Of a DNA stretch of 52,414 nt, positions 1-9,309 are shown piece by piece. Numbering within the stretch: position 1 is the first letter of the stretch; every line of letters starts with the position of its first letter. The DNA lies in IMG/VR virus record IMGVR_UViG_3300044957_000556, positions 1 through 52,414 of that record. One strand, given 5' to 3'. This stretch comes from a virus (taxonomy: Duplodnaviria; Caudoviricetes). The notes under the pieces were generated by a model. That model was not told the origin of the DNA and did not search any database. It was given only the letters and a program-made list of their open reading frames with translations. The translations under genes were made by a program, and so were the position numbers.

Positions 1-1
1 G

Positions 2-181
2 GATGATGATAATTTGCCAGAATGGGTTGAATTAAAAATCACATTAGCAGCAGATTATATTGTTACCGCTGCAAATTATTTAGAAAGTGAAATGACTGAA
101 GAAGTTAAAGAAGTTGATGAATATCTTAAGGAAAAACAACAATTGATCGACCTATTGAAACGTGCTGGTATTGCCAAGTAA
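2..181 (+). CDS. 3' end of hypothetical phage protein (LPEWVxxKITLAADYI module), truncated by window edge
   Basis: Open frame DDDNLPEWVELKITLAADYIVTAANYLESEM...AK ending TAA 179-181; next gene starts 4 nt later. Confidence 0.7.
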   Translation, partial: DDDNLPEWVELKITLAADYIVTAANYLESEMTEEVKEVDEYLKEKQQLIDLLKRAGIAK

Positions 182-185
182 TTTT

Positions 186-1022
186 ATGAAAATAATTGAG
201 TTATTATCTGAGTCAGAACTCAATGAGTATAGAAGCTCATATAGTAATGGTCAAATAAATTTGAAAAAATTTAAACCTGGTGCGAGAGTAAGTCATCCTC
301 TACTAGGCTCCAGTTTGGGGACTATTGTTGATGCTATCACTATACCTATAGAAGATAGAAGAAATACCGGTGTGCCAGTCAAACCAGATAACACTAATAA
401 AATTTATTGGATGAATCCCGGAAGTTTAGAAATTTTGCCTGAAAACACACAATCTAAATACAATAAGCAAGGTGTGGCGGAAGGCAAAATCAAATTATAC
501 ACGGACCCTGATTATTATGGCGCAGAAGTAGATGATGAGGGATTTGATAGTTTACCCATTGTCAACATTCCCATAAATCGTTTGTTAGGATTTGAACCAG
601 ATTCAAAAATGCAACAGCCTGATGCCAGAAAAAACGTTAGGAAGATCCTGGCAGGATTAGAAGCAGGTGATAGTATACCTCCTATCTTGGTTCGTAAATA
701 CAAGAACGGATATCAAGTGTTAGATGGGCATCACAGATTCTATGCCTACAAAATAGCCCAGAAAAACACCGTACCAGCAAGAGTAGTTGACCCCAGGGAC
801 ATCGAGGAAATTGACAAGCAAAGTGTAGCCGAAGGCGTTTGTTCTAAGTGCGGCGGCCCAAGTTTCAGCGATCTCATCCTGGCCGAAAAGCAAGACGCAT
901 GCTATCACAAAGTAAGGAGTCGCTACAAAGTATGGCCATCAGCCTACGCATCAGGTGCCTTGGTGCAGTGTCGTAAAAAAGGTGCGGCAAACTGGGGCAC
1001 AGGTGGAAAGAAGAAAAAATGA
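186..1022 (+). CDS. Modular protein with ParB/sulfiredoxin-like N-terminal-type domain and C-terminal KVWPSAYASGALVQCRK module
   Basis: IPPILVRK...YQVLDGHHRF is the ParBc motif; start moved to ATG 186; modules are separated by GVAEG/SVAEG. Confidence 0.7.
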   Translation: MKIIELLSESELNEYRSSYSNGQINLKKFKPGARVSHPLLGSSLGTIVDAITIPIEDRRNTGVPVKPDNTNKIYWMNPGSLEILPENTQSKYNKQGVAEGKIKLYTDPDYYGAEVDDEGFDSLPIVNIPINRLLGFEPDSKMQQPDARKNVRKILAGLEAGDSIPPILVRKYKNGYQVLDGHHRFYAYKIAQKNTVPARVVDPRDIEEIDKQSVAEGVCSKCGGPSFSDLILAEKQDACYHKVRSRYKVWPSAYASGALVQCRKKGAANWGTGGKKKK

Positions 1023-1549
1023 GATATAGGGAAATTCTTGAAGCCTGTTGGAAAGGCTATCATAAAGAAGGTATGAAAACCATGTTTGGCAAACGTGTGT
1101 CCAACTGTGTGAAAAATACCAATCAAGAACTGGAAGAAGACCTGAAGAAGTGGTTCCGAGAAAAATGGGTGCGTTTTGGCCCCGACGGCAAGATACGTGG
1201 CGCCTGTGCTAGAGGTAAAAGTTCAGAAGGCAAACCTAAATGCTTGCCACAGAGTAAGGCACATGCTCTAGGCAAAAAAGGTCGTGCAAGTGCTGCGGCC
1301 AAAAAACGCAGAGAAGATCCCAATCCCAACCGCCGAGGCGCTGCCAAGAATGTGGCCACTCAAGTGCGTGAAAACGAGGTCAAAGATTTAGTAAAAGTTC
1401 TAAAAAATCCCACTGGTTACGATGCCATTGATCACATGATGCAGTCTATTGCCAAAAAATCAAAAATAACTGCTAAACAGCTACATGATCGGTTCGTAGC
1501 TAAGTACAACAAGACTCCAGATGACTGGATCAAGAACAAAGGAGCATGA
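1019..1549 (+). CDS. Basic hypothetical phage protein (putative head-internal protein)
   Basis: ATGA overlap with upstream gene; Lys/Arg-rich modules separated by xxE sites. Confidence 0.65.
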   Translation: MRYREILEACWKGYHKEGMKTMFGKRVSNCVKNTNQELEEDLKKWFREKWVRFGPDGKIRGACARGKSSEGKPKCLPQSKAHALGKKGRASAAAKKRREDPNPNRRGAAKNVATQVRENEVKDLVKVLKNPTGYDAIDHMMQSIAKKSKITAKQLHDRFVAKYNKTPDDWIKNKGA

Positions 1550-1550
1550 C

Positions 1551-1649
1551 ATGAGAACCTATAACTTTACTGTCAACGGCGTAACTTATATCATACAAGC
1601 AGACAATTTTTCGTCTGCGTTAGACAAACTACGATCTTTGATATCGTAA
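1551..1649 (+). CDS. Small hypothetical protein (32 aa)
   Basis: SD aggag upstream; MRTYNFTVNGVTYIIQADNFSSALDKLRSLIS fills the gap exactly. Confidence 0.5.
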   Translation: MRTYNFTVNGVTYIIQADNFSSALDKLRSLIS

Positions 1650-1652
1650 ATA
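1647..1652 (+). promoter_or_regulatory. T4-like late promoter core TAAATA
   Basis: TAAATA 4 nt upstream of ATG 1657; same arrangement recurs in the window. Confidence 0.55.
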
Positions 1653-1656
1653 CATC

Positions 1657-2064
1657 ATGAGAAATCTTATCAACCGCATAGAAGCTATAGAGCGCGGTTG
1701 CCCGCCAGCTACGCAAAGCATTGACCTTAATCTCAAGAATCGTCAAAAGGCCATAGATGAATATCATTATGGTCCGCTCAATCCCAACAAACCCAATGAG
1801 GAATATTGGCAGGAGTTAGCAGACGAGTGGAACACAGATGATATTGAGTCAGTTAAAAACAATCGCTGTGGCAACTGTGCGGCTTTTGACATTTCAGAAG
1901 ATATGTTAGACTGCATTGCCAAGGGCATTGGCAGTGAACCAGGTTCAGATCCGCACGACACCATAGATGCTGGCAACTTGGGCTACTGTAAGTTTTTGAA
2001 ATTCAAATGTGCGGCCAAACGTACTTGTGATGCTTGGGTCGAAGGCGGACCTGTTACAAAATGA
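1657..2064 (+). CDS. Cys-rich hypothetical phage protein
   Basis: RCGNCAAF, GYC, KCAAKRTCDAW; possible metal or Fe-S binding. Confidence 0.7.
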   Translation: MRNLINRIEAIERGCPPATQSIDLNLKNRQKAIDEYHYGPLNPNKPNEEYWQELADEWNTDDIESVKNNRCGNCAAFDISEDMLDCIAKGIGSEPGSDPHDTIDAGNLGYCKFLKFKCAAKRTCDAWVEGGPVTK

Positions 2065-2354
2065 GAGCTGAAGAAATCGTCAATGAAAAATGGAGCGCAA
2101 AGTACAAACGCTCTATCAACTGTGCTAATCCCAAAGGATTCAGTCAACGGGCACACTGTCAAGGCCGAAAAAAAAATGAAGACGTGGCAAAAGAACAGTT
2201 AGACGAACTACAGTTCAAAGGTAGCCAGTGTACTAAGGACTGTTCAGGACACCGGGCCGGTTACGAATGGAGTATTCGTAAAGCTGGTCGTGTGCCCAAC
2301 TCACACAGTCCCAGCTTCAACAAAGGCGCGGCTATCCAGCGAGCAGGCTTATGA
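2061..2354 (+). CDS. Hypothetical phage protein (KWSAKYKRSINCANPKGFSQRAHC module)
   Basis: ATGA overlap at 2061; two small Cys-containing modules separated by LDE. Confidence 0.65.
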   Translation: MRAEEIVNEKWSAKYKRSINCANPKGFSQRAHCQGRKKNEDVAKEQLDELQFKGSQCTKDCSGHRAGYEWSIRKAGRVPNSHSPSFNKGAAIQRAGL

Positions 2355-2437
2355 ATCCTTATCCAGTATATCCTGAAGATGACGGCTCGGACCGGCTTAG
2401 AAACCTCTACAGTCCGGTCATCAAGAACACACCTTAG
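2351..2437 (+). CDS. Small hypothetical peptide (28 aa)
   Basis: ATGA overlap; MNPYPVYPEDDGSDRLRNLYSPVIKNTP. Confidence 0.4.
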   Translation: MNPYPVYPEDDGSDRLRNLYSPVIKNTP

Positions 2438-2510
2438 GACCGCTATGGTGCGTGGCCGGCTGCTGGCCAGACTGACGGATTCGCTACCCCTAGGTCAAAA
2501 GTGAGCATAT
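2428..2510 (+). ncRNA. Candidate structured RNA (hairpins plus possible pseudoknot)
   Basis: GC-rich intergenic island; TGGCCGG/CTGGCCA stem; loop TTCGCT can pair with AGTGAG at 2500-2505. Confidence 0.4.
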
Positions 2511-2518
2511 ATATTGGC

Positions 2519-3610
2519 ATGAAATATTACGTTATGCCAGATCCAGTGTTTGGACCGCTCAACTTTCCGTTGGCTTGGCCCGAACTAGACTGGTTACAAG
2601 ATCTTCCACGAAAAACGTATTTTGCACTGTGGCTTAATATACCAAGCCTATCTAATGTACCTATTGATCTCCCGCAAGGCCATCCATTGTATGTAATTTC
2701 ATTTCACCAGGAAATGTTTGATGTAGATTGGGTTATGTATCAAGCCAAAAACATTGACGCTCCTATCATTGTACTCAATGACGGATCTTGCTATAACATA
2801 CCGTTGCCCAGTAATGTATTTTTTTACAACTATCACAGCTGGCACTATCATTTAGACACTATCATGCGCTGGCACCCAACTCGGCAGTGTAGAAATATCA
2901 AATACAAGGTCAGTAATATTTGTAATCGTGTTAGCCAATCAAAAATGCTGGTATTCACAGCGTTGATCAAACATCTCAATCGCAATGAGTTACTGATAAA
3001 ACTTGGCGACTGGGTAGAAGAAAAAAATGTACATCACTGGACTCCCACTGGCATGATGGAGTTGGATGAGTTAATGGATATTTTCAAAACAAAATATCTG
3101 GGGACCACTATCGTCATAGATGATTTCTGCTACGATACTGGCCGATTTCAAAGTGTAAACAGCAATCCCTGGCAGCCTACCTATCTTGAAGCCGCATTAC
3201 ATTTTACCAGTGAAAGCTATCACTACAGTCTCATGCACAATCACTATGGAAAGGTAATAATGCCAGGCCCGCAGTTCAGCGAAAAAACATGGAAATGCTT
3301 GATTGCTGGTACCCCTTTTATCCCAGTAGGACAGTTTGAATCTTACAAATCTTTGCGCGATCTAGGATTGCGTTTTGACTATGGTGACATAGACATATCT
3401 TGGGACGATGATCCTGGCAATCTTACAAGATTAGATAGTCTTGTAAAAATGATCAAATCTCTGAAAAACTACAGTATCATTGACATAGAGTCAATGACCA
3501 AAGAAAGTACCTCTCACAATACTGATTATATTTGGTCGGGAGATTTCAATCATCGCTGTCAAACACACAACCAATCTATAGTAGAAAACATACTTGATAA
3601 GTTTGCCTGA
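2519..3610 (+). CDS. Hypothetical protein, possible glycosyltransferase-like (SEKTxK...PF motif)
   Basis: Long ORF; SESY...FSEKTWKCLIAGTPFIPVG; paralogous to 32453-33436. Confidence 0.55.
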   Translation: MKYYVMPDPVFGPLNFPLAWPELDWLQDLPRKTYFALWLNIPSLSNVPIDLPQGHPLYVISFHQEMFDVDWVMYQAKNIDAPIIVLNDGSCYNIPLPSNVFFYNYHSWHYHLDTIMRWHPTRQCRNIKYKVSNICNRVSQSKMLVFTALIKHLNRNELLIKLGDWVEEKNVHHWTPTGMMELDELMDIFKTKYLGTTIVIDDFCYDTGRFQSVNSNPWQPTYLEAALHFTSESYHYSLMHNHYGKVIMPGPQFSEKTWKCLIAGTPFIPVGQFESYKSLRDLGLRFDYGDIDISWDDDPGNLTRLDSLVKMIKSLKNYSIIDIESMTKESTSHNTDYIWSGDFNHRCQTHNQSIVENILDKFA

Positions 3611-3611
3611 C

Positions 3612-4331
3612 ATGAAAAAGATATACATTTGTGGAGATAGCTTTGGGTGCCCAGACTTTGGCTGGGAGATACAGCCATGGCCTGTAATGTTGCAAAACTT
3701 GCTTGGCAACGACTATCGAGTGGTCAATCTTTCAATTTCCTGCGCATCAAACTTTTTGATACGAGTGCAAGTTGATAAAGCTATCAAGGAATCAGCAGAC
3801 TTTGTGATTTTGTTAGGAACCAGTAGCACAAGAGAACAAGGCAAAGTCAAAAATCGACCTGCGCACTACAGCGATATCTACGATAGATTTAGGAAAATAA
3901 ACCAACAAGATGCTGAACAAGACAACCGAGACCTTGCTTGTTATTCCATGGTATCTCTCAATGATACCTGTGAGTTTGAAGCCAAGGATGTCTCAGTGTT
4001 GCGAGAGTATTACAGTGTGGTGTTTGATCTTGAGTTAGAAATACAAAAAAATCAGTACATCATTGAAAGTTCGTTGTACACTCTTAGAGAGTACAATATA
4101 CCTTTCCTATTTGATCAAGGCGGATTTGAAAATCTAATATTTGGCAACGTGTGCAAGCAAGAATATTTTTCCAACTTTGAGCAATATAAAACCCAGATAA
4201 ATCAGTGGACAGTGGCCAGTAGATTGCCTAACTCTAACAGATATCATTTTCATATCATAGATCAACCCACGCATGAAGATATTGCCAACTACTATTGCCA
4301 AAATATACTTGATTTTTTTAAAAAAACGTAG
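3612..4331 (+). CDS. SGNH/GDSL-like hydrolase-fold protein
   Basis: N-terminal IYICGDSF, WP, NLSISCASN blocks. Confidence 0.55.
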   Translation: MKKIYICGDSFGCPDFGWEIQPWPVMLQNLLGNDYRVVNLSISCASNFLIRVQVDKAIKESADFVILLGTSSTREQGKVKNRPAHYSDIYDRFRKINQQDAEQDNRDLACYSMVSLNDTCEFEAKDVSVLREYYSVVFDLELEIQKNQYIIESSLYTLREYNIPFLFDQGGFENLIFGNVCKQEYFSNFEQYKTQINQWTVASRLPNSNRYHFHIIDQPTHEDIANYYCQNILDFFKKT

Positions 4332-4416
4332 TACACAATCAAGAACTTGTAGTGTCAGATGACTTTTATAATACTTGCCAAAACCTTAATCTGCAGTCTT
4401 TGGAGAGGATTCAACT

Positions 4417-4591
4417 GTGTTTAACTATGTAAATGATTTTGAAAATCAAGTGGCAGAGTTCTATGGCGCTCCGGTTGCAGTGACCACAGTCAGTTGACTC
4501 AGAACTTCGCCAATGGAGTTATCGTGATTATCCATATCTGCCAGATATGCCTGTGTTTAGCAAAGCAGGTATTGACTTTGCAACAAAATAG
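4417..4591 (+). pseudogene. Internally deleted DegT/DnrJ aminotransferase remnant
   Basis: SD then VFNYVNDFENQVAEFYGAPVAVTT (like the N-terminus of 18299-18889) joined out of frame to WSYRDYPYLPDMPVF (C-terminus-like). Confidence 0.55.
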
Positions 4592-4599
4592 TTTATAAT
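4572..4599 (+). promoter_or_regulatory. Sigma70-type promoter
   Basis: TTGACT-16 nt-TATAAT upstream of SD aaggag and ATG 4621. Confidence 0.6.
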
Positions 4600-4620
4600 C
4601 GTATATCAAAGGAGATCCAC

Positions 4621-4881
4621 ATGGAAACCAAAACTTTTAACAACGAACAAAAAATCAAACTCACCCAAATCATCAACGAAGGCATGCAGGTCATGCACGA
4701 AATTGAAACGCTTAACGGTGGCCTGTCAGACACTATCAAAGCCGTGGCCGAAGAACTGGAAATCAAACCCAGTGTGTTGAAAAAAGCAATCCGGGTAGCA
4801 CACAAAGCTGAATTTGGTAAAACACAGCAAGAACAAGAGTTGCTGGAAACTATTTTGACCACTGTTGGCAAAACCCTCTAA
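4621..4881 (+). CDS. Phage dsDNA-binding protein (T4 DsbA/DUF2312-like)
   Basis: 86-aa helical protein, IKAVAEELEIKPSVLKKAIRVAHK, directly upstream of the polymerase. Confidence 0.6.
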   Translation: METKTFNNEQKIKLTQIINEGMQVMHEIETLNGGLSDTIKAVAEELEIKPSVLKKAIRVAHKAEFGKTQQEQELLETILTTVGKTL

Positions 4882-4958
4882 ATACATGCTCACAACGAGT
4901 CGCCTACGTCACGGGCATGAATCACGGCATGAGCAAGCCATAAGTTGCCAGGAAAACA

Positions 4959-7619
4959 ATGAGTTACGTAGACGCACTTTTTGATCGTGAACACGATCGC
5001 ATACATGTGGTAGAACGTGTTGCAGGACGCAGAGAGTACAAAGAATATCCTGCTACCTACATATTTTACTACGATGATCCCAGAGGAAAGTTCCAATCAA
5101 TCTATGGAAATCCTGTCTCTAGGTTTTCTACCCGCAACAACAAGGAGTTTCGCAAAGAACTTCGTATTCAATCAGGCAAAGGCGTCTACGAGTCAGATAT
5201 AAATCCTGTGTTTCGTTGCTTTGAAGAAAACTACAAAGGTCAAGATGCTCCTAGGTTACAAACAGTATTCTTTGACATTGAAGTAGACTTTGATCCTATA
5301 CGCGGTTTCTCCAAGCCCGAGGATCCCTTTAATCCTATCACTGCCATCTCAGTGTATTTGGATTGGTTAGATCAACTGGTAACCTTGGTCATACCACCCA
5401 AACACATGAGTCGAGAATCAGCCGAAGAGATTGTCAAAGAGTTTGACAATACCTTGATCTTTGATCGCGAAGAGGACATGCTTAAAACGTTCCTTGATCT
5501 CATTGACGATGCAGATGTACTCAGTGGTTGGAACTCCGAAGGTTTTGATATTCCATATACTACCATGCGTATTACTCGTGTGCTCAGTAAGGACGACACA
5601 CGCAGACTGTGTTTGTGGGGGCAACTGCCAAAACAAAGAACATTTGAAAGATTTGGTGCAGTAAACTTGACCTTTGATCTCATTGGTCGAGTACACATGG
5701 ACTATATGCAACTGTACAGGAAGTATACCTATGAAGAACGACACTCCTACTCGTTGGATGCTATCGGCGAGTATGAACTCGGCGAACGAAAGACGCAGTT
5801 TGAAGGAACGCTTGATCAACTCTACAATCAAAACTTCAAAACGTTCATTGACTACAACCGTCAGGATACAATGCTCCTTGCAAGGTTGGACAAAAAACTC
5901 CAATTCTTAGATTTGGCCAACGAACTAGCACATGCCAACACTGTATTGCTACAGACCACAATGGGTGCTGTGGCAGTGACAGAACAGGCCATCATCAATG
6001 AAGCCCACGAACGTGGCATGGTAGTTCCTAATCGCAAAGAGAGACTCACAGATGAAGACACGCAAGCTGCAGGTGCCTATGTTGCTTATCCCAAAAAAGG
6101 CATCCACGAATGGGTCGGTGCTATCGACATCAACTCGCTGTATCCCTCGGCTATTCGTGCCCTCAACATGGCGCCAGAAAGTATTGTTGGGCAACTCCGA
6201 CCCATCATGACTGATCGTTATATCCGGGACAAAATGAACTCAGGTGCCAGCTTTGCGGCTGCCTGGGAAGGCTTGTTTGGCAGTCTTGAATATACCGCTG
6301 TAATGGAACAAAAGCCTGGCACAGAAATAACCATTGATTGGCAGGACGGTGAAGAAACAGTACACAGTGCCGCAGAAATATGGCACATGGTGTTTGATTC
6401 AAACCAGCCTTGGATCTTATCGGCCAATGGCACTATCTTCACTTATGAAAAAGAAGGAGTGATTCCCGGCTTGCTGGCACGTTGGTACAGAGAGCGTAAA
6501 GAGCTACAGGCCAAACTTAGGGAAGTCACTGGCAAACAAGACCAAGAGTTTTGGGATAAACGTCAGTTGGTCAAGAAGATTAATCTAAATAGTTTGTATG
6601 GTGCTATTCTTAACCCTGGTTGTAGATTCTTTGACAAGCGCATTGGTCAGAGTACTACTCTTACTGGTCGTGCGATCGCATTTCACATGGACAGTTTTGT
6701 AAACGAATGTATTACCGGCAAATATGATCACACAGGCGAAAGTATCATCTACGGTGATACAGATTCTGTATACTTTTCCGCTTGGCCTGTACTCAAAAAA
6801 GAAGTTGAAGAAGGTCGTATGGAGTGGAACAAACAAATCTGCGTTGAACTTTATGATTCTATTGCAGAGCAAGTAAACTTGAGTTTTCCGGGATTCATGG
6901 AACGTGCTTTTCATTGCCCACGTGACATGGGGGCAATCATCAAAGGTGGACGGGAACTGGTAGCTGATCGCAGTTTGTTCATTACCAAGAAGCGTTACGC
7001 TGTAAACATCTACGACAAAGAAGGCAAACGCAAAGACGTTGAAGGTAAGACAGGATCAATCAAGGCCATGGGGTTGGATTTGAAACGGTCAGACACACCC
7101 AAAGTTATTCAAGACTTTCTGTGGGACTTGTTAGAACGTGTTCTCACAGGCAGTCAACGAGAGGAAATCATTGAACAGATTAGAGAGTTTAAATACGAGT
7201 TCAAAGAACGACCAGGTTGGGAAAAAGGATCACCCAAGCGTGTGAACAACCTCACCATGTATGCTAAGAAAGAAGAGCGTGAAGGCAAAGCCAACATGCC
7301 TGGGCATGTGAGAGCAGCCATGAACTGGAACAACATGCGGCGAATGAACTCTGACAACTATTCTTTGCAAATAGTTGATGGCATGAAGACTATTGTGTGC
7401 AAACTGAAATCAAATGCTCTGGGGTGGACATCAATCGGTTATCCCACTGACGAGATGCATTTGCCACAGTGGTTCAAGGAACTGCCATTTGATGATGCAG
7501 AAATGGAACAGACTGTGGTAGATCAAAAGATAGAAAACTTGTTGGGTGTGTTGGGTTGGGATTTGGTCAGTGAAACCAAAACTACCAATACATTTCAATC
7601 ATTGTTTACATTTGAATGA
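4959..7619 (+). CDS. Family B DNA polymerase (T4 gp43-like)
   Basis: Exo motifs FFDIEV, GWNSEGFD, YNRQD; polymerase motifs DINSLYPS, KINLNSLYG, YGDTDS, KKRY. Confidence 0.97.
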   Translation: MSYVDALFDREHDRIHVVERVAGRREYKEYPATYIFYYDDPRGKFQSIYGNPVSRFSTRNNKEFRKELRIQSGKGVYESDINPVFRCFEENYKGQDAPRLQTVFFDIEVDFDPIRGFSKPEDPFNPITAISVYLDWLDQLVTLVIPPKHMSRESAEEIVKEFDNTLIFDREEDMLKTFLDLIDDADVLSGWNSEGFDIPYTTMRITRVLSKDDTRRLCLWGQLPKQRTFERFGAVNLTFDLIGRVHMDYMQLYRKYTYEERHSYSLDAIGEYELGERKTQFEGTLDQLYNQNFKTFIDYNRQDTMLLARLDKKLQFLDLANELAHANTVLLQTTMGAVAVTEQAIINEAHERGMVVPNRKERLTDEDTQAAGAYVAYPKKGIHEWVGAIDINSLYPSAIRALNMAPESIVGQLRPIMTDRYIRDKMNSGASFAAAWEGLFGSLEYTAVMEQKPGTEITIDWQDGEETVHSAAEIWHMVFDSNQPWILSANGTIFTYEKEGVIPGLLARWYRERKELQAKLREVTGKQDQEFWDKRQLVKKINLNSLYGAILNPGCRFFDKRIGQSTTLTGRAIAFHMDSFVNECITGKYDHTGESIIYGDTDSVYFSAWPVLKKEVEEGRMEWNKQICVELYDSIAEQVNLSFPGFMERAFHCPRDMGAIIKGGRELVADRSLFITKKRYAVNIYDKEGKRKDVEGKTGSIKAMGLDLKRSDTPKVIQDFLWDLLERVLTGSQREEIIEQIREFKYEFKERPGWEKGSPKRVNNLTMYAKKEEREGKANMPGHVRAAMNWNNMRRMNSDNYSLQIVDGMKTIVCKLKSNALGWTSIGYPTDEMHLPQWFKELPFDDAEMEQTVVDQKIENLLGVLGWDLVSETKTTNTFQSLFTFE

Positions 7620-8560
7620 AGCTCAGTAGATTAATCACATACAAGCACATGGTTGACGGATTGTCCGTCAACCATGTCCACGACGAGATAGAACGTTTGC
7701 TTCAGCATGTAGAAACCGACTTAGCCATACAAAACATAGATTTTGAAAACATCAAGCAAAAAGTCAGTGCCAACAAAAAGATTGTGTTAAACACGCTGGA
7801 TGCCATTGACACAGATTTACAAAGTTTCAAGAAAGAGCTCACTAAGTTTTTAGAGGATATCGAGCGTCCATACTATAGCAAGAGCACAGCTATGTATCAA
7901 GAAGGGATCAACGATACCGCAGATTATATCCTGGATCGGTACAGTTTTAAAAAACTGTTGTATGAATCCGAAACCTTTGATTTCTTTTGCAACAGAGTAA
8001 GAGGGCATGCCAGTTGGCAATGGCCTGCTATGGAAATCAGGCCGGCTCACTGCGATGTTACTGAATCTTTAACTGCGTGTGATCCTTTATATCTAGTTGA
8101 CTTAGATGAGAAGTTGTTCAAGATAGCCAAAACCAAATGGACTCCTGAATACCAACGCAGGTTGAGATATTATACCGTCGACAAGCAAGAGAAAAAGATA
8201 TTTCATCAGTTGCCACAAGCCCAGTTTGGATTGATAGTGGCAGTGGATTTCTTTAACTTTCGCCCATTGGAGTTGATCGAACGCTATCTCAAAGAAATAC
8301 ATGGTCTGTTGCGACCCGGAGGCATGGCCATTTTTACTTATAACAACTGCGACTTTCCAATAGGAGTTGACAACTTTGAAAATTTGTATTATTGTTATAC
8401 ACCCGGGCGGGAAGTCAAAGAAATCAGCACACGCATAGGATTCAAAATCGCATCAAGTTTTGATTTGGAGAACAACGTCAGTTGGTTAGAGCTTAGAAAA
8501 CCTGGTACACGATCTAGTCTGAGAGGCGGACAAACATTGGGCAGAGTTGAAAACATTTAA
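7616..8560 (+). CDS. Class I SAM-dependent methyltransferase-like protein
   Basis: C-terminal YLKEIHGLLRPGGMAIFTY; N-terminal coiled coil. Confidence 0.55.
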   Translation: MKLSRLITYKHMVDGLSVNHVHDEIERLLQHVETDLAIQNIDFENIKQKVSANKKIVLNTLDAIDTDLQSFKKELTKFLEDIERPYYSKSTAMYQEGINDTADYILDRYSFKKLLYESETFDFFCNRVRGHASWQWPAMEIRPAHCDVTESLTACDPLYLVDLDEKLFKIAKTKWTPEYQRRLRYYTVDKQEKKIFHQLPQAQFGLIVAVDFFNFRPLELIERYLKEIHGLLRPGGMAIFTYNNCDFPIGVDNFENLYYCYTPGREVKEISTRIGFKIASSFDLENNVSWLELRKPGTRSSLRGGQTLGRVENI

Positions 8561-8571
8561 ATGGAGAAAAT

Positions 8572-9303
8572 ATGAGAGATTACTTATTAGATTTAGTAGA
8601 ACACAGTTATGACCTAGGATGCATTGAACTGGTCAAGATCACGGGCACAGATCAAAGCACACAAGTAGATGCCATTGCCACAGACAAGAGTGTGGTGTTG
8701 CGAACCAAGTTTCACACACCAGTGGCCGAGTTTATTGGCACGTTTGGCATGCCAAACCTTAGCAAACTAAAAATCTTGCTGAACTTGCAGGAGTACAAAG
8801 AAGATGCACAAATCACTGTCACCCGACAGAACCGCAATGGTGTTGACAGTCCAGTAGGTTTGCACTTTGAAAACAAGGCCAGCGACTTTAAAAATGACTA
8901 TCGCTTCATGGTTACAGAAGTTGTTGCTGAACAACTCAAGCAGTTTAAGATGAAACCTGTTCCTTGGTCAGTTGAGTTTGAGCCCACTGTGGCTGCAATC
9001 CAGCGACTGAAGATGCAGGCACAGGCCAACGCAGAAACACCCAACTTCATGGCCAAGACAGAAAATGGTAACTTGAAATTTTTCTTTGGTGATCATTCTA
9101 CCCACGCCGGTGACTTTGTGTTCCAGGCCGGCGTAGCAGGCAAGCTCACTCGCCCATGGCTATGGCCAGTGTCACAGTTTATTTCTATCATGAATCTCAC
9201 AGGTGACAAAACTGTGCGCATCAGTGATGATGGTGCTACCATGATCACAGTAGACAGTGGCATTGCTGTGTATGAATATATCTTGCCAGCACTGAGCAAG
9301 TGA
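8572..9303 (+). CDS. Sliding clamp (gp45/PCNA-like)
   Basis: 243 aa, two-domain clamp size; position by the polymerase; C-terminal beta strand YEYILPA. Confidence 0.65.
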   Translation: MRDYLLDLVEHSYDLGCIELVKITGTDQSTQVDAIATDKSVVLRTKFHTPVAEFIGTFGMPNLSKLKILLNLQEYKEDAQITVTRQNRNGVDSPVGLHFENKASDFKNDYRFMVTEVVAEQLKQFKMKPVPWSVEFEPTVAAIQRLKMQAQANAETPNFMAKTENGNLKFFFGDHSTHAGDFVFQAGVAGKLTRPWLWPVSQFISIMNLTGDKTVRISDDGATMITVDSGIAVYEYILPALSK

Positions 9304-9309
9304 TCAGTC

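Noticed and set aside
5017-7357. Numerous short antisense or alternate-frame ORFs within the polymerase and other long genes
   Set aside because: No SD, motifs or independent support; expected shadows of real genes.
4959-7619. Intein or intron in the DNA polymerase
   Set aside because: The 886-aa frame is continuous with normally spaced motifs.
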